A DNA stretch of 64,000 bases from Trichodelitschia bisporula (lineage: Eukaryota): the NCBI GenBank assembly GCA_010356995.1, contig ML996695.1, positions 443,061 through 507,060 of the forward strand, in the 5' to 3' direction. Each line of letters opens with the position of its first letter. Within the stretch, counting starts at the first letter, position 1. This document shows positions 23,520 to 34,345 of this stretch, in pieces. The translations under genes and the position numbers were made by a program. The notes under the pieces are model-generated. The model saw nothing but the letters and a program-made list of their open reading frames with translations. It made no database searches and was not told where the DNA came from.

Positions 23520-25377
23520 GTTGGGTGGTGGTTGGGAGTGTTAGGAGAGTAGGGTTGGTGGTGAAGCGGAAGACTTCTACGACACGGAAGGCGAAGTCAG
23601 GCCGGGGAGATCAGCACCTGGTGGCGCCACCGTGGACTGTGCGAGTGTGGGGTTATGCTGGGCTGAGTAAAGGCAGCGTAAAGAGTAGTGGTATAAGGTA
23701 GAAGGCTACTATCAGCCACGAGTTAGTAGGCAGCGCTACAACGGCGTGTGGCGAGTGATGGATGAGCTGCTCTCGATCAGCGCATCAATCCCTCGACCAG
23801 CGCAAACCTCACACTCCACGTGGACCTAGCCATCCGTAACACAACTGCGACACGCTCCCCGCCCTCACCCACCCCGCCCGAGCCTCATATCCCCCCCCGC
23901 AGATAAACAACTCCAATTTCCGCGCCTAGATCTCGACCACACCCCGCCCCGCACGCAGATTAACATTCCAAGGGCACGCAATAGATATATTGCCCATCCA
24001 TCGGACATCTCGCCACATCTGTTCTGTCAACTCTCCTCCCATGTCAAGCATCTTTCTCCCCACTCGCGATCAAGGGGCAGGGGTCGGCGTCTCAAGTCCG
24101 CACTCGCGCGACGCAGCCTTGCAGACGGGGTCTTGGCAACACGTGGTAGTGCCTTAAGGCTGGCTTTCTGCCTGAGAGGGAGCGAGGCTGGGCACGGCCA
24201 AAAATATTCTGGCCCTCTTTCATGTACAGTGCAATATGTTCTCGGGGGACACGAGCCGAGTGGTATGGCCAGCAGCCAGGTGGGCACCTCACATGCACTC
24301 GCAGTTCTTACCTCACCTGCACAGAAAGAGCGAAAAGCCCCGCAGTGCCCGGAGATCCCGCAAGGCCAGACGCGAGCTGTTGTCTCCCTAGCGGGAGTCA
24401 ACAGATCCAGGCCAAGGCGGAGGAGCAGCAATGCTTCTCACGCTTATCGCCCCTCGAGCCGGGGTGCGGTGCTTAATCTGCATAGTAGGTACCACTCCCA
24501 GCACACAGTCAATATGCCCGCTCGCCACCCGTACACCCGGCAAATGAGCCGAAATAGCTCCCATCGACGCGCGGGCGCCTTTCCGCACCGCTCGCGGCTC
24601 ATTCCCGATCCGAAATGGTTAGCATTGTGGTTAGTATCGCGGTATGTTGTAATTACGCATCATGCGCTCGTTGCGCTGCTAGCTTCGTGCGCGCTGCTAA
24701 CCTTGTGAGTACAGTATCTGACAGGAATGCGGCTATTTGCGCGGGGCGGCACGTGCGTGACTAGAACTACCCTGTGCCCATTGCTCGTTTCTCGTTTCGC
24801 GTATCTCAGGATGCGGATTCTGGGCACTGCTAGTGGCAGCGCAAGTGGGTGGGACGCGGAGGATGAGATTCTAGATCCGCTAATCGCAAGCTTAGCTTGC
24901 TATCTTGGTGTGAGGGGTGTGATCACGGCGGGTGATACTTCGGGGGCATCTGTTGAGGCGCGTCGTCCAGGTTCACCCATCGCGCACACATGGTATGCGG
25001 GAACTGACGTACCAAGCACTCCGCGGAACGAACTCGTTCATTGGATCCGCAGTCCATAGATAGCCATTGCGTCCTTTATTTTCCGGCCGAGATGGGCCAC
25101 TGTCCGTTTCAAACCCCCGCGCCATTGGCCACGCCCTCGTCATCGAGCACTCGCCCGCACTCAGAATCCAGGATCGCAGCTCGCCCAGGGGGCGGACAAA
25201 CTATGGCCACGCCCGACGGCAATTGGTGACCGGCTTCGCGACCGAACCACCCAGCGGCCGCATTATTAAAAGGGCGTTCCCATATCGCAGTCAGAGCCCA
25301 TATCTCATCAACATTCCAACTACCCACACTCCTTTTACACCACCCACCCCTTAGTCCCTCTTTTATACCCCGCAGCC

Positions 25378-26185
25378 ATGGTCCGCACCTTCTTCATCGC
25401 CGCCCTCCTGGCGGTCGCTGCCTTCGCCGCTCCCATCGAGGAGGTCAACATGGTCGAGGACATCTACGAGCAGTTCCCGAAGGGCGGCAAGGGCGGCGCG
25501 CCCAAGCTGGGCGGAAAGGGCGGTGGCGTGCCCAAGCTCGGCGGCGGAGGCGGCATGCCCAAGATGGGAGGCGGCATGCCCAAGATGGGCGGAGGCGGTA
25601 TGCCTAAGATGGGCGGAGGCGGCATGCCTAAGCTCGGCGGCGGCGCGGGCGGCTTGCCGAAGAGCGGTGGTGCCGGTGGTCTCGGGTATGTGTTCCGAAA
25701 TGCTCCACATCTAGAACTACACAGACTGACCATTCTAGTGGCCTCTTCGGTGGCTCTGCTGGCGGTGCGCCCGGCGGTGCCGGCGGTCTTGGGTAAGCAT
25801 CTCATCGGCGTATGATGTCCTAACCTAACCTTAATAGCGGTCTCCTCGGTGGCCTCGGCGGTGCTGGTGGTGCTCCAGGTGGTGCGGGCGGTCTCGGGTA
25901 ACTTTTCCAACCTCCTATGTATCGAGCCGGACTAACTGGAACAGCGGTCTGCTCGGTGGCCTCGGTGGCCTCGGTGGCGCTGGTGCTGCACCCCCTGCGG
26001 AGGCTGCCCCCCCCGCGGAGGCTGCCCCTCCCGTGGAGGCTGCCCCGGCGGAAGCTGCTCCTGAGCCAGCAAGTTAGTCATCGCTTTCCATTCCATCGAA
26101 GGGTAATGCTAATTCGGAAACAGTGAATATGGGCGGTATGGAGATGCCGGGTATGGAGGGGATGGGCCACTCTCACGGAGACTAG
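25378..26185 (+). CDS. Secreted Gly/Met/Pro-rich repetitive peptide (candidate RiPP-like precursor), 5 exons
   Basis: Signal peptide MVRTFFIAALLAVAAFA. Exons 25378-25685, 25739-25792, 25838-25897, 25945-26072 and 26124-26185; all introns are GT..AG with CTRAY branch sites and keep frame. Product: leader, 8 xPK-Gly units, GGLLGG repeats, AAPPAE repeats, then MNMGGMEMPGMEGMGHSHGD*. Confidence 0.8.
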
Positions 26186-29100
26186 AGGGATCATGATGCA
26201 GTGATGCTGGTGACGAATTACCATTCTTGTATACACTGAAATATGAATATTTATTTTCTTCGACAGGACTGAAGGGAGCTTGAGTAACATGTACTTGCCG
26301 TCCGGAGATCCCGATGCGGAACGTCTTTGACGAATGATGGTTTATCCGTTGAGGCAGCAGCCGAGGCGGACATGGACACCACATTAAGCAGCTTTTATGT
26401 TTTGGCCGAAGATAGTCACGTCTGCGGGCGAAGATGCCAGGCGATTTTGGTCAACCACTAGAAGATCCACCGATGCGGAACCGACAGACATACGTTTGCA
26501 GCCAAAGTGAAGGGGATGGAGGCGCGGGGCTAGAATATGTGAAGTATCTCAATCGGCAATGCACCCTAATGACTTGAATATCCAATGAATGCTGGACTTG
26601 TAAAAACGGCAGCCGAAAACGGGAGGACTGCTGGTTTTCGCGTGACATAGACAAACTTTGGCCGCACAGGACATTCACTTGAGCTTCCTACTGTCCTGGT
26701 GGCAGGCATACTTGCCCAGTGCTGAGTTCCGGCATCCCACCATGCTCGATGATTGCTCAGTCAACACATGAGAAGAGTGACATCATATTCGGTCGGTCCA
26801 AGGCGGAGAATCTTTCACTCCGCGGCAAGGCACTTAGCCAAGCCATGGTCGCGACCTCTTTCCTCACCAAAGGAAACGATGTGGACAAGCTCAGCCGAGA
26901 TGGAGGCAATTGCATTGAGACTCAACGACCCAGAAATTCGGCGAGTCCAACAATTACCCCCCGCCGGCATCTTTTGCCGAGTAGGATCGGAGCTCGTTGA
27001 GGCCCATGTTTGGAACGCGACTGCTGAGAGGGCGGGGTGTTGATTAATCGCCAGCACGCGCCTCGAGGGCAACAGAGTATAGATGAAGCGCGCCTAAAGG
27101 AGCGCTACTGGCCTTTGCCACCTCATATTTCCATGGTATCGTGCGTGTAGCCTAAGCCCAAATGATGGAAGAGGCTGTTCTAGACAGCATGTTCCTTGAG
27201 AGGTATCGCCACTGCGCCGGGTAAAGGGCATATGAAGGAGGAGCTGGGCGTGTCAGAATAGAATACTCCGGTGAGCTAGACGGGGGCCAGGTGGTGTTGA
27301 GATTTGGTGAGTAATACTTCAGGCAAGTAGTGAGGATCCGAATCTCCTGAGGATGGAAGTGGGGAAGGAAGGTGAAGTGAGAGCAGATGATGGTGTGAGG
27401 AGATGAACAGTGGGGTGGAAGTGAGGGGTTAAGGTTGAGCCTGGACGTGGAGTCTTTGGGCCAAGGGCTAGGTGAAAAAGTCGTGTCACCTCCCACCCGG
27501 CTGTTGTTAGAGGCCAGCGACGAATGCGCGGCAAGACTTTTTTTACCTAGCCCTTGGGCTTCCAGGCACTGATGACGCAGCTCGTCACACCAACGGGGAT
27601 TTGTGGCGATGTGGCGGGCGTGGCGGGGTACGTAGTACGATGTGGTACCTTGCGGGAATGACGCGAGGTTTCCCGTCCGGATGAGTTCGCGTGAAGCCGA
27701 GAGAGATCCCAGCCGGGCCGATCGGATCTCGGCAAGATTTTGTCCTATTGGCTAGTGGCCATTGCCGCTTTTTCGCATGCCTTGATGCCTCGCATGGCTG
27801 GCGGTGGATGCCTTGGATGCCTCACGAAACGACTTCCAACGACACCAGACTCATCTCCCCACCAGCATGGGCTCTTCCAAACAGACCCCAGACACCCCAC
27901 ATGCTCCCCCACACCTTTTCATAGGCGTTCATCTATGCACCATCTCATCGACAAACTCTGAATCTCGCATCGTGCCTGAGCAATCCGAAGCCCTCTGTGG
28001 AATTTCCCCGAATCAGCCTCCATCTATCGTACCCCGCCTAGCCGGGGCTTACCCATTGCTCAATCTATCAGTCTCAATCATCAACCCTGGTTATACGGTG
28101 GAATACGCTATCATTTTCGTCACATGGGTACCATCCGACGGTGTGGCTTAAAGTGCAATCAGCCCTCGAACGCCTGTCACGTATGCAATGCCCGGGAAGG
28201 AGCTCAGCCACGACGTTGCCCGTCTGGCCGATCAAGCCTGGCCTGCACCCTAGCGTCATACGGTGATACGCTCCCAGTGTCCGCGTCGATGGCTGCTACA
28301 CTCTCAAGTTGTGTGGGGAGATAAGAAACCGAGTGCGGCATCTCGAGTTCGATGTTCTGGAACGGCCAGCTGGGCCGCTCGGCATTGTTTCAGCGTCGAT
28401 GTACGACCAAATCTCCAAATGAACCTTCAGATTTCTCAACCTCATCCTCGAGGCAACTTCTACGGCTATTCCGATCTTCGGAAATTTGTCGTCCAGCATT
28501 TGCCAAGACAGATCCACTGGAAGTATTCATTCGTCGCAGCTGTTAACGCGCCTCCCTTGCTGGGTGGGAGTCAAGGCAATGCTTGTCTCTATCACCGTGA
28601 AGGGCTCTATGGCCGATCGAAGCATGATGCAGGGTGTCGTACCCCAGAGACGAGCGGTATCGCACGCCTGGCACCCGGTCTGTTAGGCTGGCGCACCGGC
28701 TCCTGGGTGCCCAGTCTCGAATTCAGACCTACCGCAATGAGGAGCTGGTACTTCGCGCGTCCACAGATGGATCGCCGCGCTCCAGCACCGTCAATCATCA
28801 TCCTGCCCCACAATGGCGGGTATTGCTCCGATTAAGCTCACCGATTTGGATGCACGGACAGCCACCGTTGGCCAGGTCCCCAGACCATCTCTGTTGTATT
28901 GGCGGATTACCACCTCGTCGGGGGACTTCATGTTTGTCGCATCTCTACTCCGGAAGTATTTTACAAGGCTACGCGACGTTAGCGCCCCGTCGAGCAGTCA
29001 GCAAAATTCTTGGCGAAGCGAGCCGGAAATTCGCTGTGCTGCCTGTTGTTGCAATCGTGTGGGCCCGTATATGGTGATTTCGCCATGAGCCGCGTGATAT

Positions 29101-30137
29101 CGTCAATTGTTGGGTGTGCAATCTCTCTCAGCTTCCCTACACTGACCCATACCTGTTTTCAGGTCTGAAGCTATCCGATTTACTTCGGCTTCATATCCAA
29201 GACAAATGCCATTGGCAAAGCTTTACCAGCATAGGGAATTGATCCCGTTCGCTGTTCTTGACCCGCTTTGCAATGCGTTCTGTTTGAGTTCTTGAATGAA
29301 CTGCCGCCACATTCTAGCGGGCCATTGTTTTGCCTTTCTCGCTGCTAAAGCCATAACTTATAAAGCTAGTACGACGCCTGCTATACGCCGGCCACACCCC
29401 GTCGGCTGTGGGATATCTTCTGGACGGCTTTCAAATGGCCCACCGGGTCAATATGGATGACGGCGCGGGGAGACTGGATGCCGGGAGACGCCAATTGCTT
29501 TCGACAGTGCTTCCTAGCAATCGATTGTGGCGGGCGAATCCGAGGGCCATTCTCGACAAGCTTTGGTCTTGGTACAATCAAACACATCAGCACCGCTTTT
29601 GCCAATGCTCCTGTATTGCATGATCGGACCAGGATCATGCATCTGGCGACCAGCATGGAACCCACAGGTTCGATACATTCCATGTGTAGACCGGTATCTG
29701 TGCTCTGGATTGTTTTATGGGGACCTACTCCAACACTATCGCTCGGCCCTGCTGTTTCAAGGAACAATGGGCGGAGTGACTGCCTCTGAGTCGCTACAGT
29801 GGTTTTATTGGCTTGAAGGGTTGACTTCTAGAAGTAAACGACCGGAGGCGCTAGTAGGCCCCCCCAGATTGAAAGCGTCTCGGAGAGTTCACTCAATCGC
29901 CCCCTGCACCCCTTGGTTTCATGCCTCCCGCCCTGCCAAGGCTCGCGGGACAAATAGTGGGCGAACATGTTACGCTTGACGGTGGGGGGAGGGAGGATCT
30001 GAAGTGTGACTACATCAACATCTTGAGGGCCGGTTTCGTCCGTAAAGTTTTTCGACCTTTAGGGAAAAATCTCACCACCATCATTCGACCTGTGACAGGA
30101 AGAGAGCGAGTTGACAGCCTTGTCCGCTCTGCGAAGC

Positions 30138-32635
30138 ATGTCGCAGCCGCCGCCGGATCCACCCCAGCGAGGCCTTGCCAAACGCGCGAAGCGAGCTGCC
30201 AGAGCTTGCGATCATTGCCGATGGAAGCGGGTGAGATTTGTTTCTCCATCCACGGAAGCAAATCGTCTCTAACCCAGTCTTTTAGTTAAAATGCTCTGAT
30301 GAGGCTCAGAATGAGTCGTGTATGAACTGTATAATGTATGGCACCAAGTGCGAATACACGTCGTCGTGGCCCTCGCAAGCTGGGAAGGGAAAATATGGAG
30401 GTGATCGTAGTGCTTCTGGCGTGGCGAAGGCTCGACGAAAAGCGAAAACTGCCAGTCGAGAGCGTTTAGGCAGCGACCCGACTGTCGCCTCGAGTTCAAA
30501 AGATGCCGCAACCGTTGGATCAAGAGATAGCCTGTCGATGACGACAAGCCCGGTCGATGAACGGTTAGGAGGTGCCTTTGGGGATCTATCGAAGATTGGA
30601 CCAATGGATGAGGAAGGCAGCGAAAGAAGCCCGGCGGATTCTGCGCTTTCAATATGTAGGCAGGCCAGTGTGGAATATACTCAGTCCAGGCTGACCTCCA
30701 GGTCCCGAGCCTGAGAACAACAGCTTGCTCGCCCGAGATCAACTGGGCAAGAAGCTTGCTCACTACCTCACTCCGCTCATGACAGGCCTCGCCGACAACC
30801 ACGAGGACGTCGTTCTCTCCGCTGAAGAAACCGGCTTACCGCCGCAGCCGTTGGCAGAAGCTTTGGTGCATGGTGGGTACCACCGGGACCTTATCCAGAC
30901 GCTTTCTCACGCTCTGTAGCTTTCTTCGAAAATGTTGTGCCAATCTATCCTGTCGTCGAAGAATCGGTTTTCCGCGCCGAGGTTACGCAGTATTATCAGG
31001 GTCAACGAATGGTCGACCAGCTCTGGCTAAACATGGTCCGGCTGGTGATGTGCGCAGGAGCGGCAGCCTGCAACGACAACATCGGCGTAGGCCAAGATAT
31101 CGACCTCAAGGCCGTTCGGGAGACGCTTTTCGGACAGGTGCTGTCGACGATATACGTGGTATATTCACGGCCTCGGTTTGAGGGTATCCAGGTCTTGCTT
31201 CTCATCGTACGTTTTCCGTATTGCCTACTCTCTGGCGCTCGGCTCAACTGACTTACAGGCTCTCTACTCCACACAAATTAAGCGGCCGAACAGCGCGTGG
31301 TTATGGTGCAGGTGGGCAATCCGCTTGTCACGGGGCTTCTCCGTGCGCGAGCGGACGGGATATCTGCCCGAGCCGCGGGACGGGGCGCTGAAAGATCGCG
31401 TCCTCTGGACCCTTTTCATCGTCGAATCGTAGGTTTTCTTAACGGCTGCATGGCTCGAGTTATAATTGACCGTTTTAGCCAACTCTCCCTCATGCAATTC
31501 CGCGACGACCCGCGCCTCCTCGAAGCCCGGATAAAAGAGCCCGACGACGGCACAAAGAAGAAATACCCCATCTTCTGCCACCGCATCACCCTCGCCCGGC
31601 TGGTAAACCGCTTCTGCCGGGTAGGCGTAGACGGCGCGCCCGACCCAGTTGAATTCACAAAGGCCATCGAGCAGCTGCACCAGGACATCGCAGGGTGGAA
31701 GGACGCCGTGCCACTTGGCTTCCAACCCGGAAACGACATCTTCGCCGAGCCGCAGGAGTACCAGGCAGTCCTGCTCATGCATATCGAGTACCACGCCCTA
31801 CTCGTCGCGATGTTCATCTCTCTAGGCGCAGCGTCGCGCCTCCTCCCCAGCATAAACGTCGACCGCCACCCCTCCATCCGTCTCCGCAGCCATACCTCCA
31901 TCTGCGTCGGCAATGCGCGCCGTTTACTGCATACCCTGAACTCGATCGCAGACACGGAGCACCTGCGCCCCAGCGTGTCCTGCTGGTAAGCCCCCCGTCC
32001 CCAAACCTCCCACCAGACTAACACCGACCAGGATCAACGCAATGCGCATCCTCGGCGCCTTCGCCCTCCTCTACACCCACGTAATGCAAAACCCAACCCT
32101 CCTCTCCGCCCGCTCCGATCTCGAACTCCTCTCCGGCGCACCCAACCACTTCCGGCGGCACATGGCCGAAACGCCGCGGAACAAAAACGTCGCCGCGCTG
32201 GTGGTGACCATGTACAACAACGCCGCCTCTGCCGTAACCCAACCCCGGATCCACCCCTCCCCCCTCAACCCCACGAACCCGCTTTCCGCCCCGCAGCCCG
32301 CCCAGACGTCCTCCTACCACCCCCCATCCTTCCAGGGCTTCATGCCCGCCCAGACACCCGGCGGCGTGCCAGCGGAGACCTTCGACGAGGGTGCGAGTCC
32401 CGGTGTGCCGCTTATGCCCGGGCACGCGATGCAGCCGGGCGGCGATATGTACTACTTCGGCGGGGCGGGCGAGTACCGGGGCCCGGGGATGGGCATGCCG
32501 GAGGAGGGCGGGCAGGTGCCGCAGGGGGAGGGTATGGGGGATATGTTTGGCTTACCGGATGATTTGAATTTGGCGGCGGTGGCGGAGCAGTGGGATGGAA
32601 TTTTTTGGAGGGGGGGGCTGGATGGGCCGATTTAG
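30138..32635 (+). CDS. Zn(II)2Cys6 fungal transcription factor with fungal-specific TF (middle homology) domain, multi-exon
   Basis: Spliced cluster RAARACDHCRWKR/LKCSDEAQNESCMNCIMYGTKCEY (intron 30231-30285). Later exons contain IYPVVEESVF, EGIQVLLLI, SAWLWCRWAIRLS and RVLWTLFIVE; low-complexity activation tail. Confidence 0.88.
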
Positions 32636-33262
32636 AGACTAGGGGCGATGGGAGGGTTATATGTTGGTGGGTATCCGGGGATGGTGAAGCTGATTTGCAG
32701 TATGGGGAGCTCTGAGGCTCGACAGTGCTCTCGGGACCCGCGGAACGGCGCTTTGGCCGTGGTTGGGAGGTGAAACTCGGAGTGCTCGGATCGGCACCGG
32801 GGGTGGCATGTTGGGGGCAAGGCGGATTCTCCGAGATGCCGAGCGGGAGTGAGGAGCCTAGCGAGGCTGACCACAGACGCAGCAGGCGGAGACGAAGAAA
32901 CAAGCATTATAGGGCGATGGCGGGTGGCGTTTTTCTTTTTGGGGCCCCTTTCCTTCTCTCAACTGTGGGCATGGGTTATGTAACCTTCCGGTTCTTTTGG
33001 CCCTAGGAGATAGGTGGTTATAGCGGTGTACGAGTGGGAGCGGAACGCGAGAATGAACGTAGCAAGATAGTGACCCACGGCCGGAGAAGAAACCCGGGAA
33101 AATCTGACGAACATGAATATACCGTTTCCGTGGTGGAAGATAGAGTTCCGTGGAATACATCAATTGACTCGCCAAACGCGAGTACGACCCCTTATCTCTA
33201 TCTATAAGCCCATGTCTCTCAAAAAGCTCACAAGAAGTTCAGTAGAAAAATCGTACACTGCA

Positions 33263-34345
33263 TCACCACCCCAAAACCCCATACCGCACCGCCTTCCCCA
33301 CATCCCTCGCCCACCCAACCCACCCGCTAATCTGCTCCACCTTATTCATCAGACCCGTCACACGCCGCGTAAACGCCTCGCTATCCTCAAAATCATCCGC
33401 ATACGCTTCCCAAACCGCCTTCTCTTCCCCGCCCCGCTGAATATACTTCCACTCCCCATCCTCACCTTCCACGACCCTGATCCGCGGGCCGACCGCCAGC
33501 CCGCGGCCCCGGATGCCATGATCAGCGACCAGCCGCGTCGCCGCATCGACCACGTCCTCGATCTGCGCCAGCGGTTGGCCAGCGAGTAACGCACGCCCCG
33601 CGGCGGGCATAATGGGCGTGGCGACGAAGTACGGCATGAGCAGATTGACTCTCACGCCGGACATAAATGCGCTGGCACGCAGGGCCCGGAACAAGCCCAG
33701 GACGCCGTGCTTAGCCGCCCCGTAGAGCGGTTGCCCCGCAATGGGTGCCAGGCTCGCAAGGCTGCCGACCAGGAGTAAATGCCTATCCCGCGGGCCCTCG
33801 AGAGTGCTGTCAGAGGGCGCGGCAGACCCGGGGTTCGCCTTGAGGTAGGCGAGCGCGAGATGCGTCGTGTACACCACGCCATCCAGGTTCACCTTCAAGA
33901 CCTTGAGATTCGGGGGCGGGGGGTTCGGGTCGCCTACCCGCGGCGGGGCAGTTTGGAGGGGTTCCTTCCCCGCGATGCCCGCGTTCGCAACAACGCAGTC
34001 AATGCCGCCATGCGGACTCAACTCCACTGCGCGGCGGAAGAGCGCCACTTGGTCGGTCCAGGAAGTAACATCGCAGGGCACGAAGTGCACATTCGCATTC
34101 CCGGTCTTCGAGCGCAGAGACGCGACGAGCGCCGTACCCGCCGCTTCGTTGATGTCGCTAGCCACGACGCTGGCGCCCGCGCTGGCCCAGGCGGTTGCGA
34201 AGCTGGCGCCTAGGCCGGAGGCGGCGCCGGTGATGAGGATGTGTTTCTGGGGGAGGGAGGTGGTTTTGTAGGGGAGGGAGAGGTCGAGGGGGGGGGATTG
34301 GCGGATTTGCGCGAGGAGGGGTTGACGGGGGAAATTCTCGGCCAT
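33263..34345 (-). CDS. Classical short-chain dehydrogenase/reductase
   Basis: ITGAASGLG (TGxxxGxG), CDVT, ANAGIA and catalytic S...YGAAK; single exon. Confidence 0.93.
   Translation of the reverse strand: MAENFPRQPLLAQIRQSPPLDLSLPYKTTSLPQKHILITGAASGLGASFATAWASAGASVVASDINEAAGTALVASLRSKTGNANVHFVPCDVTSWTDQVALFRRAVELSPHGGIDCVVANAGIAGKEPLQTAPPRVGDPNPPPPNLKVLKVNLDGVVYTTHLALAYLKANPGSAAPSDSTLEGPRDRHLLLVGSLASLAPIAGQPLYGAAKHGVLGLFRALRASAFMSGVRVNLLMPYFVATPIMPAAGRALLAGQPLAQIEDVVDAATRLVADHGIRGRGLAVGPRIRVVEGEDGEWKYIQRGGEEKAVWEAYADDFEDSEAFTRRVTGLMNKVEQISGWVGWARDVGKAVRYGVLGW

Noticed and set aside
24027..25059. ORFs of 110-191 aa between the DUF3328 gene and the repeat peptide
   Set aside because: No recognisable domain, and the Arg/Ser-rich composition is typical of non-coding GC-rich DNA; treated as the shared promoter.
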